Positions 8,497-16,224 of a DNA stretch of 64,000 nt are shown here, one piece after another. Numbering within the stretch: position 1 is the first letter of the stretch; each line of letters starts with the position of its first letter. The stretch spans positions 32,894 through 96,893 of the forward strand of contig LNFL01000071.1 of NCBI GenBank assembly GCA_001464275.1, read 5' to 3'. The position numbers and the translations under genes are program-made. Source of the DNA: Actinobacteria bacterium Ga0077560 (lineage in GTDB: Bacteria; Actinomycetota; Thermoleophilia; Miltoncostaeales; Miltoncostaeaceae). The notes below the pieces were generated by a model. It ran no database searches, was not told the origin of the DNA, and saw only the letters and a list, made by a program, of their open reading frames with translations.

Positions 8497-9824
8497 GCCG
8501 CCCGCCGCTCGGGAATCGGTGCTTGGACGGGGTAGTCACGGGCAAGACCGCGGATGTCCTCGTCCGTTGAATAGGAGGCTCGGGTGCGAAAAGGCTCGGC
8601 GTGACCGTCCAGGCGGACGTAGGCGACGCCGGGCTGGGTGTCGGGGATCAGGTGGCACTGGGCGCCGCGGTCTCGCGCACCGTCTCCGAGGACCATGTCG
8701 ACCTGCTGGGGCTCGTCCAGCCGCAGGGCGATCCGGGTTGGGAACAGATTGCGGAAGCCCAGGATCTCCTTGCGGGGGTCCTGCAGGGCCGCGATCACGT
8801 TGACGCCGACGGCACGACCCTGCGTCAGGAGCACCCCGAGGGCCTGGCTGATCCTCTCTCGAAGTTTGCGGTCGGGGAGATAGGCGGTGAGGTTCGCAAC
8901 CTCGTCGATGACCAGCACGACCATCGGGTCGTCCGGGGTTGGCTCGTGCAGGCGCGTGGTGCCGGCAAGGCGACGAGCACGGTGCTTCATCACGGCGACC
9001 GCCTCATCGAGCAGATCGGCCATCTCCTCGAACTCGTCGGCTGCGAACCGTGTGAAGAGCGGCCGGCCGAGCCCGAGCTCCATACCGCCCTTGGGATCGA
9101 TCACCCACAGCTGGACCACGCCGACGTGCACGAGCGGTGCCGCGGCGCGGATCAGTGACCAGATCACCGAACCCTTGCCGGATCCGGTCACACCGGCGAT
9201 GAGGACGTGCGTCCCGCGCAGGCCGACGACCCACGGTCGACCGTCCTCCAACACCCCGACGGGCAGTGCACCGAGGTCCGGGGTGGTGGGGATGGGCAGG
9301 GCGGGGATCGTGCGGACGAGCGTGTCGGTGTGCTGGAGCTCCAGCCAGATCACTCCGGGGCTATCGCGACGAACCTGGCACGTCCGCGCGCCGAAGGCGT
9401 GGGCGAGCGCGTCTGCGGCCTGCTCGTAGGTCTCGGGGGTCTGGCCGAGCAGCATTCGCAACCGGAGTCGGTCTCCGTGTTCGGTGCACCGCAGGGCCAC
9501 GAGACGTGGGTAGTGGTTCCGGGTGCCCTCGCGCAGCGTGAGCCCGTTCCAAGTCATCACCGATCGCCACCGGAACTCGTAACGCCAGACCTTGCGCCAA
9601 CGACGGCGCAGGCGGCGGCCGACCCAGCGATCGAACGACGGACGGCGCAGCAGCCGCCACCCGAGGAGCACAAGCAGCAATAGGACCGGGATAGCGCCGG
9701 CAGCGGGATGGGCGATGACAAGAAGCCCGGGAGCGGCGAGGCACACCAAGGTCAGCGGGTGGCTGACCAACCACCACAACAGGCGGAACGTCCCGCCGAT
9801 CACGAGATCGAAGACCGCTCCCAT
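8493..9824 (-). CDS. traSA: FtsK/SpoIIIE-family dsDNA translocase (conjugative transfer protein TraSA/TraB-like)
   Basis: N-terminal TM helices, Walker A GVTGSGKGS and Walker B VLVIDEV. Start set at MGAVFDL. The longest ORF (to 10016) would overlap the upstream gene by 85 nt. Confidence 0.85.
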   Translation of the reverse strand: MGAVFDLVIGGTFRLLWWLVSHPLTLVCLAAPGLLVIAHPAAGAIPVLLLLVLLGWRLLRRPSFDRWVGRRLRRRWRKVWRYEFRWRSVMTWNGLTLREGTRNHYPRLVALRCTEHGDRLRLRMLLGQTPETYEQAADALAHAFGARTCQVRRDSPGVIWLELQHTDTLVRTIPALPIPTTPDLGALPVGVLEDGRPWVVGLRGTHVLIAGVTGSGKGSVIWSLIRAAAPLVHVGVVQLWVIDPKGGMELGLGRPLFTRFAADEFEEMADLLDEAVAVMKHRARRLAGTTRLHEPTPDDPMVVLVIDEVANLTAYLPDRKLRERISQALGVLLTQGRAVGVNVIAALQDPRKEILGFRNLFPTRIALRLDEPQQVDMVLGDGARDRGAQCHLIPDTQPGVAYVRLDGHAEPFRTRASYSTDEDIRGLARDYPVQAPIPERRAA

Positions 9825-9931
9825 GACGCCGTCAGGTTGCGGCGGTTGGGGCTGAGTGCGAGGAGGCACCAATTCCTCCGAAGTCCGATCGGCGGGCCGC
9901 TGAGGGGCCCGCCGATTCGTGGTTGTTGGGG

Positions 9932-10252
9932 CTACGCGGCCTTCTGCGCGCTCGTCGGCATGGGGGCGATGTGGGACGCCCGGAAGCTGATGCCGTGTCG
10001 GTCCTCCATGGACCACGGCACCGCGACCAGCTCGGTGACTCGCACCGGCTGGCCGACGACAACGCCCTTCGGTTCCCCCGAGACCTTCACGGGCCAGATC
10101 TGGGCACCCTCACTGCCGAGCGCCACCAGGTCGATCGCGTAGATCGGCTCGCCGTTGGCGTCTGCCTTGGGGCGCTTGGTCTCGAAGTCGATGACGGCCT
10201 CGACCTTGCCGGCCACCAGGGTTACTGATCCCGTGTCGATGGGCAGTCTCAT
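9932..10252 (-). CDS. Conserved-looking AICE hypothetical protein (106 aa)
   Basis: GGGAGG lies 7 nt before the ATG (MRLPIDTG). It is the first gene of the transfer operon and divergent from the GntR gene. No family recognised. Confidence 0.55.
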   Translation of the reverse strand: MRLPIDTGSVTLVAGKVEAVIDFETKRPKADANGEPIYAIDLVALGSEGAQIWPVKVSGEPKGVVVGQPVRVTELVAVPWSMEDRHGISFRASHIAPMPTSAQKAA

Positions 10253-10283
10253 CGGTATGCCTCCCACTCGCATGGACGGATCG

Positions 10284-10329
10284 TGGTACGGACCACGTGT
10301 TCGGCGACCTTAGGATATGGTCCGTACCA
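10284..10329. promoter_or_regulatory. Inverted repeat TGGTACGGACCA / TGGTCCGTACCA in the divergent korSA-tra promoter region (candidate GntR operator)
   Basis: The 12-bp arms at 10284-10295 and 10318-10329 are exact reverse complements. Each contains the GT-N-AC core typical of GntR operators. TAGGAT (10311-10316) is a possible -10. Confidence 0.45.
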
Positions 10330-11036
10330 TGTCCAGCGCAGGTGTTCGATACCGCGAGGTCCGCGAGGCACTCGCCGCGCAGATCACTCGTGGGGATCTC
10401 CAACCCGGGGACCGGCTCCCAAGCGAACGCGACCTGCAAACCCGGTTCGACTGTGCCCGCTCCGTCGTTCGGCAGGCGCTCCAGGCCCTGACCCGCGATG
10501 GCTGGGTGATGTCGGTCTATCCGCGCGGCTACCTCGTGCTCGGACCGCGCATCCCTTGGATCAGCCGCCTGCGACCGCTGCTCGAGGAGCCTTGGCAGGT
10601 GGTCATCGACAGCGCGACGGAGGCCGCAGCAGACGCGGAGGCGGCTGAGGGTCTCGAAGTTCCGTCGGGCGCGCCGACTATCAGGCGCACCAGTCACATC
10701 GAGAGCGCGATCTCACCGGGCGACATCTGGGGCCTCGGCGAGGTGAGCTACGCGGCTGAGGCTCTGACGACCGAGGGGCGTGCTGCCCTTCTGCGGCCGA
10801 GCGAGATCACCTACGACGAACTGGAAGCGGCCGTCGGTCGTCGCATCGTTGGATACCGTGAACGCCTCCGGTCACGGATCTTGACGCCTGCCGAGCTTGA
10901 ATCGCTGAGCCTTCCTGCCGCGATGCCAGCCTTGGAGATGTGGCGAATCGCTCGGAGCACGACGACCCCGGTCTCGGCATTCCGGTTCGTCGCGCGTCCG
11001 GACCGCTTCGAAGCCGACTACCTCATCGACACGTGA
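10317..11036 (+). CDS. GntR-family transcriptional regulator (KorSA-like kill-override/transfer repressor)
   Basis: N-terminal GntR wHTH (YREVREALAAQITRGDLQPGDRLPSERDLQTRFDCARSVVRQALQAL) plus a UTRA-like C-terminal domain. The start may be ATG 10329. Confidence 0.85.
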   Translation: MVRTMSSAGVRYREVREALAAQITRGDLQPGDRLPSERDLQTRFDCARSVVRQALQALTRDGWVMSVYPRGYLVLGPRIPWISRLRPLLEEPWQVVIDSATEAAADAEAAEGLEVPSGAPTIRRTSHIESAISPGDIWGLGEVSYAAEALTTEGRAALLRPSEITYDELEAAVGRRIVGYRERLRSRILTPAELESLSLPAAMPALEMWRIARSTTTPVSAFRFVARPDRFEADYLIDT

Positions 11037-11404
11037 ACCCCGACGAGCCCCTTCGCACCAAGGACCTTGCCAAGGAAGATCCGGCCCCGATGGAGGACAC
11101 CCTCGCCGGCTACCAGTGGCTTCCGAGGATGATCGACAAGGCCCGCGCCAGCCGCGCCGGGACGCTGGGCCAGTACTTCCGATATCCCTGCCCCATCGAC
11201 CAGGAGGCGCTGGCACGCATTGGGCTCGACTCTGAGCAGTTCGCGGAAGTTGCAGACTGTGCCACTACCGCGAATGACGTTCTGGAGTCGCTTGCTGCTC
11301 ATGGAGCCCGATCCGCCCAAGAGGCGGCGTTTGACCCGATCGAGTTGAATCGCCGGCTCCATGAGCCGCCGCTCGACTCACCGGAAGTTGGTGGTGGGTC
11401 CTAG
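11033..11404 (+). CDS. DUF5069-like protein
   Basis: Its GTG overlaps the GntR stop (GTGA at 11033-11036). LAGYQWLPRMIDKARA...YFRYPCPID resembles the DUF5069 signature. Confidence 0.55.
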   Translation: MNPDEPLRTKDLAKEDPAPMEDTLAGYQWLPRMIDKARASRAGTLGQYFRYPCPIDQEALARIGLDSEQFAEVADCATTANDVLESLAAHGARSAQEAAFDPIELNRRLHEPPLDSPEVGGGS

Positions 11405-11479
11405 ACGGACTAAACCTCCGTTGACTCGTCGCCGATAGTCGGTTACTGGTACGGTTTCAGTATTGGTTACTGAGGTGCG

Positions 11480-12286
11480 ATGACCCCGACGACGACCTAC
11501 CCCAATCCTCCTGTGCGGATCGCGGCCTTCGAGGTCCGGTTCCCGCCCGTCGACGCGCTGGCTTCGGAGGCCGCTGTTCGGCCGCTCCATCGCGAGCTCC
11601 GGACGACGTTCCCCTTCTTTGAACCGTTCCAAGTCCCCTTGGGGCTCCAAATCCAGCCCGATGGGGTGGTTCACGAAGTTGCTAGACGGGTCCGCCTCTC
11701 GTCCCGTACTCGGCGGACGGTGGTCAGCATTGGCGCCGACATCGCGATCATCGAGACGAGCGAGTACCGAAGTTTCGAGGAACTAAGGGCCATGGTCTGG
11801 GACCTGATGGGTCGAATCCAAGGGCTAGACGAGATCCTCGGGACGTCAAGGGTGGGCCTGCGCTACGTGAACGAGATCCGTATTCCCCAAGTCGGCGACG
11901 ATCCGCTCGGTTGGCCCCCCTACATCAGTGAGGCACTCGTCGCTCCGATGCGGCTGTCGAGCAAGCCTCTTCAGATCATGCAGGGGGCCGTCGTGTACCG
12001 GCCAGAGGAGACACGTGGCGTAGTCCTGAGATTCGGGGCGCTAAAGGGCAGAAGCGTGGACCTCGGTGGTCCGCTGCGGGTCCCAGACCTTGGGGATGGA
12101 CCATTCTTCCTCCTCGATATCGATAGCTACTGGGAGAATCCGCCGGACGAGCTTCCTGAATTCAGCCCTCAAGGAGTTGTGGAGGTTCTCGACCGTCTTC
12201 ACAACGCTGCGCAGGACGTGTTCGAGGCATCCATTACGGACAAGGCGCGTGGGCAGTTCGGTGCGCCCGGAGCAATCGGGAGGTGA
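11480..12286 (+). CDS. TIGR04255-like uncharacterised protein (268 aa)
   Basis: The N-terminus YPNPPVRIAAFEVRFPP matches my recollection of the TIGR04255 family start. GAGG precedes the ATG. First gene of a three-gene block. Confidence 0.6.
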   Translation: MTPTTTYPNPPVRIAAFEVRFPPVDALASEAAVRPLHRELRTTFPFFEPFQVPLGLQIQPDGVVHEVARRVRLSSRTRRTVVSIGADIAIIETSEYRSFEELRAMVWDLMGRIQGLDEILGTSRVGLRYVNEIRIPQVGDDPLGWPPYISEALVAPMRLSSKPLQIMQGAVVYRPEETRGVVLRFGALKGRSVDLGGPLRVPDLGDGPFFLLDIDSYWENPPDELPEFSPQGVVEVLDRLHNAAQDVFEASITDKARGQFGAPGAIGR

Positions 12287-12289
12287 ACG

Positions 12290-12928
12290 ATGACGACAAG
12301 AGCTCCCTTCCCCACAGCTGGCGAGACGAAGACTGTGGTGGAGCCTCAGCTCCCCCATCAAACAGATGTCGTAGCGCTGAATCGCGACGCAGCTGGTCTA
12401 CGAGATGTCGTGTCGCTGCTGCACGCGCGATCCCAGCAGCTTCACGGCGACACCCAGCGAGCCGAACTCTCGGCGCTGACCAATGAACGGCTGAAAAGGG
12501 CGGTTGGCGACCTCCTAGACGAGCTGTCAATTGACCACGGTATGGCCTGGTCTCATATCGCCCGCCTCGTGGGCGTCAGCGTGCCCGCCCTGCGCAAGTG
12601 GCGTCAGGGATCTGCCCCTGATCCTGAGAATCGGCGGCGATTGGCGGGTCTCTCAGCGTTCCTCGAACTGCTTGCGCGGTTCCCGGTTGAAGAGCCTTCA
12701 GGGTGGCTGGAAGCACGCCTCACCGACGAATCCACCCTGACCGGTCTCGACGTCTACTCGACGCCAGGGGGGGCGGTTGGGTTGCTCGAGTACGCCGGCC
12801 GACGATGCTCAGCCGAAGGCCTCTTGGACGCGCAGGTTCCGGACTGGAGAGCAACATCCGCACCTGACCCGCGCTTGCGAATCGTCGAAACGGACGATGG
12901 AGGCAGGTCGCTGGTTCTCGAGGGTTAG
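12290..12928 (+). CDS. Xre-type HTH protein with antitoxin-like (DUF2384-reminiscent) C-terminal region
   Basis: The ATG is 3 nt after the upstream stop, with GGGAGG inside the upstream gene's end. HTH is WSHIARLVGVSVPALRKWRQG. The C-terminus reads LTGLDVYSTPGGAVGLLEYAGR. Confidence 0.6.
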   Translation: MTTRAPFPTAGETKTVVEPQLPHQTDVVALNRDAAGLRDVVSLLHARSQQLHGDTQRAELSALTNERLKRAVGDLLDELSIDHGMAWSHIARLVGVSVPALRKWRQGSAPDPENRRRLAGLSAFLELLARFPVEEPSGWLEARLTDESTLTGLDVYSTPGGAVGLLEYAGRRCSAEGLLDAQVPDWRATSAPDPRLRIVETDDGGRSLVLEG

Positions 12929-12942
12929 CCAGGGTTCCCGGG

Positions 12943-13653
12943 ATGTTGGCCGCGCCGGATGGAGGGGTGACAAGCATCTACCTCGCCCGCGGCGACGAGG
13001 TGGATTCGTTCCGGCCTCTCCTGACCGGCGACATCTTCAGCGACACGGAGATTCCAGGCGTCGATACCGATACGGGACTCTCTATGGTCCTCGATCATCC
13101 ATGCTCGATGCGCCGGGGCGTGACCCTTGCCGGACACCTGGTCATGGCAAGGGTCATTTCGCGTCCGGACCTCCCGCGACCGGCGAAGTGGCCGACCGAC
13201 GGACTTTGGGATCTCCTTCCGTTGCCGGAACTCGACAGTTCCGGAGAGCGCCGCGCCGCAGCCCTTGATCAGATTGGCCGCGTGCCTTCGGCATCGCTCG
13301 ACCTGGGTCGACGGGTCGCATGCCTCTCTGACCAAGGCATTGTCCTTCTGATTCAGCGCCAGATCCATCGCCTCAGTCGCTTCGTAGCGCCTCTTGCTGA
13401 TCTCTACGAGGTCTGCGCCCCTGTTCTGACCGAAGCGGATCTGCTGACGGAATGGAATGCGGAGCTCGTGCCTCATCGCCAGAAGGCGACCGGCGCAGCG
13501 TTGGCAGAGGCGATGGTCGCCGAGACCGGCCATTTCGAGGCGTTTCTGGCCGGTGATGAGCCATCCCTACGCGAACAACTCAAGACCGATCACCTGCGGA
13601 GCGGAGTCCGGAGGGCCGTCCGGCTGGAGATCCGAGAACGACGAGCACGTTGA
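12943..13653 (+). CDS. Orphan hypothetical protein (236 aa), last gene before attR
   Basis: ATG ORF 14 nt after the HTH gene, with codon bias like its neighbours. No recognisable catalytic motif. Confidence 0.5.
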   Translation: MLAAPDGGVTSIYLARGDEVDSFRPLLTGDIFSDTEIPGVDTDTGLSMVLDHPCSMRRGVTLAGHLVMARVISRPDLPRPAKWPTDGLWDLLPLPELDSSGERRAAALDQIGRVPSASLDLGRRVACLSDQGIVLLIQRQIHRLSRFVAPLADLYEVCAPVLTEADLLTEWNAELVPHRQKATGAALAEAMVAETGHFEAFLAGDEPSLREQLKTDHLRSGVRRAVRLEIRERRAR

Positions 13654-13786
13654 CGGCATGTCCACTTCCATCTGCGGTTCCATCCCGGTTCCGCGAACGG
13701 GCGCATTCGGGGCGTCCATGACAACTCCTTGTCGCAGCCCAGGCAATGCAGAAGGGCAGCAGTTGCGGTATTCGCCCAGCCTGTTC

Positions 13787-13832
13787 GAAGCCGACGCGGG
13801 GACTCGAACCCCGGACCCCATCATTACGAGTG
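13787..13832. repeat. att site (tRNA-proximal copy), 46 bp
   Basis: Identical to 1472-1517. It covers the tRNA-Thr from the anticodon stem to 2 nt past the 3' end. Confidence 0.9.
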
Positions 13833-13861
13833 ATGTGCTCTACCAGCTGAGCTACGTCGGC
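13789..13861 (-). tRNA. tRNA-Thr (anticodon CGU), 73 nt, CCA not encoded
   Basis: The reverse complement GCCGACGTAGCTCAGCTGGTAGAGCACATCACTCGTAATGATGGGGTCCGGGGTTCGAGTCCCCGCGTCGGCT folds by hand into a cloverleaf. Stems are 7-bp acceptor, 4-bp D, 5-bp anticodon and 5-bp T, with a GTTCGAGTC T-loop and a CTCGTAA anticodon loop. Confidence 0.95.
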
Positions 13862-14014
13862 CCGCCGGGGGACGTGCCCCGGGCCCGGGAAGGATAGCGC
13901 CGAGACGCGGGGAGTCGAGGGGTCCGCCGTTCGTGACCCAGGGTGACGTTGTGCCCGATCCCGCCGGGGCCGTAGGTTGGCCCCGTGAGCGTGCCCCACC
14001 GAGAGAGGTCCCAT

Positions 14015-15505
14015 ATGCGCAGAAGCATCGTCATCACCGCCGTCGCGGTGATGCTGGGAGGTGGGTGTGCCACGGCGGTCGGGGCCACCCCGATCCGGAT
14101 GACCACCAACGGCGAGGAGCCGTGGGTGTTCGTCGACCGCCAGGGCGTCACCCACGTCACCTGGAACGTCGAGGAGAGTCTCCAGACCCGGACGTTCTAC
14201 CGCCGGGCGGCGGCCGGCAGCACCGTGTTCTCGCCGACCGTCGAGCTGCCGGTGGCGGCGGGCGTGGACTTCACCGGGTCCTACATCACCCAGGACCCGG
14301 CCCCCAGCAACCGGCTCGTGCTCATCACGGAGCGGGCGTCGAACGTGACCGGGACCCCCGGCATGTACGGCCTCACCTCCACGGACAACGGCGTCACATG
14401 GACCCCCGCTGTGGCGGTGGCCGAGCCGTCACCGTCGGTGAACATCGGCGGGGGCCGCGTGAACGTGGTCGCCAACGGACCGCTCGGGATCTGGGTCGTC
14501 AACGGCAACCCCACGCTGCGCCTCGTCAAGCTGCCGGCGGCCCTCACGCCGGCGGTCACCGCGGCCGAGCAGGTGTCCATCAGCCCGTCCGCCTACAACG
14601 GGCAGGTCCAGTTCGACGCCGCCGGGCAGCCGGTGTTCGCCTTCTCGGACCTCGACAAGGGGTACGTGCGGGTCGGGGAGACCGGCCCCGATCAGACCGT
14701 CTTCAGCACCGAGGTCGTGTCCTCCATGCACCTCGCCTCGGGCCCCAGGGGCAGCGCGGTGCTCTGGTACGGCGGCCCATCCACCGACGACGGGATCCGC
14801 CTGCGCCGCATCGTGGGCGGTGTGCTCACCCCCGAGCAACGGCTGAGCTCCCGCGCGGACAGCAGTACCGGCGTGCCCTACCTGTCCGCCGACCAGACCG
14901 GCCGCTTCCACGCCGTGTGGCGCAGCAGCGCCGACGTGGTCTACCGCCGCTCCGAGACCGGTGCGAGCTGGACCCCGGCGACCACCCTCGTGCGCGTCGC
15001 GGGCGTCAACCGGCCGTACTCCCTGGTGGTCTCCGCCGGGCCGGACGGCAACGGCTGGGTGGTCTACACCACCGGCATCACCAAGTCCCCGGTCTTCGTC
15101 GTGCGCCTGCCCAGCGACGACCCCTCGGTGCCCGACACCCAGGGCATCGAGAACCCGCAGGTGAGCCGCCGCGGCAGCGGCATCTTCATCACGCCGCGCA
15201 CCCCGTCGCTCGCCGACCTGCGCAAGCGCAAGTGCGTGCGGGTGCGGGTGCAGAGCACCAAGCCGGCGGCCATCCGCGTCGCCATCTTCAGCGGACGGCG
15301 CAGCATCCGGGTGTTCGGCACCACCACCGTGCGGTTCAGCAAGGCCGGCAAGAAGCTGGTGTGTGTGAAGGTGCCGCTTCGGGCCCGCACGTTCGACGTG
15401 CGGCAGCCGTTCCGGTTCGCCTTCGCGGTGCGCGAGGGATCCCCGAACCCGCGGGGTCCGGCCCCCGGCAAGCTCACCACCACCGGGTTCACGTTCTTCA
15501 AGTAG
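14015..15505 (+). CDS. Secreted lipoprotein with BNR/sialidase-like beta-propeller repeats
   Basis: Signal peptide plus lipobox (AVMLGGGC). BNR motifs are STDNGVTW and SETGASW. Strands ending in W/Y recur about 7 times. Confidence 0.7.
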   Translation: MRRSIVITAVAVMLGGGCATAVGATPIRMTTNGEEPWVFVDRQGVTHVTWNVEESLQTRTFYRRAAAGSTVFSPTVELPVAAGVDFTGSYITQDPAPSNRLVLITERASNVTGTPGMYGLTSTDNGVTWTPAVAVAEPSPSVNIGGGRVNVVANGPLGIWVVNGNPTLRLVKLPAALTPAVTAAEQVSISPSAYNGQVQFDAAGQPVFAFSDLDKGYVRVGETGPDQTVFSTEVVSSMHLASGPRGSAVLWYGGPSTDDGIRLRRIVGGVLTPEQRLSSRADSSTGVPYLSADQTGRFHAVWRSSADVVYRRSETGASWTPATTLVRVAGVNRPYSLVVSAGPDGNGWVVYTTGITKSPVFVVRLPSDDPSVPDTQGIENPQVSRRGSGIFITPRTPSLADLRKRKCVRVRVQSTKPAAIRVAIFSGRRSIRVFGTTTVRFSKAGKKLVCVKVPLRARTFDVRQPFRFAFAVREGSPNPRGPAPGKLTTTGFTFFK

Positions 15506-15527
15506 GCCGCACCGGGCCGGCGCCCAC

Positions 15528-16124
15528 TCAGGCGCCGGCCCGCACCGCCCGGAAGAACGCGCGCACCGGTTCCGCGTCGGCCGCCACCACGAACCCCAGG
15601 CTGCGGGCGCGGGTGTCGGTGAACACCAGCCAGAAATCCCCGTCGTAGGTGAAGCACATCACCCGGCCGCGCCGCCACGTGCCCTCCCCGGGCCGGCGGT
15701 CGTCCCGGGGCGCCGCGCACGGCGCGCCCGCGGGCACGCGCCGTCCGTCGCGGTACCGGGCGTAGATCCGGTCCGCACCCGCCGTGGTGGGGAAGGCGTC
15801 GAGGTAGAGGCGCACCCGGTCGGTCACCCGCAGGTCGCAGAACACCCCGGCGCGGGATCCCGGGTGGCGGTTCTCGGCGCTCTCGCGCGTGCACCACTCC
15901 CGCCGGGGGTCGTCGACGAGGGTCATGAGACGCGCCTCGGCGGCCTCCGGGAAGCCCTCCGGGCGCTGCACCTTCGGCCCGGCGGGCACCACGACGGCCG
16001 TCGTGGACACGGGTGAGGTGGTCGCCGGCCGGGTGGGCGCCGGGGCCGTCGCGCCGTCGCCGCACCCGGCGGCCACCGCCAGCGCCGCCAGACCCGCCGC
16101 ACCGCACATGTACCGGACCGACAT
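15528..16124 (-). CDS. Hypothetical lipoprotein
   Basis: MSVRYMCGAAGLAALAVAAGC lipobox and a Thr/Pro-rich linker. Start set at the signal peptide rather than the longest ORF. Confidence 0.6.
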   Translation of the reverse strand: MSVRYMCGAAGLAALAVAAGCGDGATAPAPTRPATTSPVSTTAVVVPAGPKVQRPEGFPEAAEARLMTLVDDPRREWCTRESAENRHPGSRAGVFCDLRVTDRVRLYLDAFPTTAGADRIYARYRDGRRVPAGAPCAAPRDDRRPGEGTWRRGRVMCFTYDGDFWLVFTDTRARSLGFVVAADAEPVRAFFRAVRAGA

Positions 16125-16224
16125 GGCACCCCCTCGCCCGGACGTCCGGCGGATCAGACCACGCCATCGGAACCCCCGCAACCGGCCCTGGACAACCCCC
16201 CGCGCGGTGATGCAACCTGCGGGC

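Larger units (their letters stand above)
1472..13832. mobile_element. Actinomycete integrative and conjugative element (AICE, pSAM2-like) integrated in tRNA-Thr
   Basis: Perfect 46-bp direct repeats lie at 1472-1517 and 13787-13832, the latter being the 3' part of an intact tRNA-Thr. The interior encodes a tyrosine integrase, excisionase, RepSA-type replication initiator, FtsK/SpoIIIE-type TraSA and a GntR regulator. The attR-side cargo is visibly lower in GC than the flanks. Confidence 0.85.

Noticed and set aside
12943-13653. RES-domain (NAD-degrading) toxin partner for the Xre/DUF2384-like gene
   Set aside because: I could not find an ordered Arg...Glu...Ser signature or the usual GR(F/W)N start. 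The call is left as an orphan protein.
13985-14014. Longer N-terminus (MSVPHRERSH) for the BNR lipoprotein; likewise long N-terminal extensions of ORFs 15528-16325, 15889-17538, 37174-39363, 41265-46307 and 52012-54129
   Set aside because: Signal peptides or the first conserved motifs begin at internal starts. The extensions overlap neighbouring genes or are compositionally non-protein-like.
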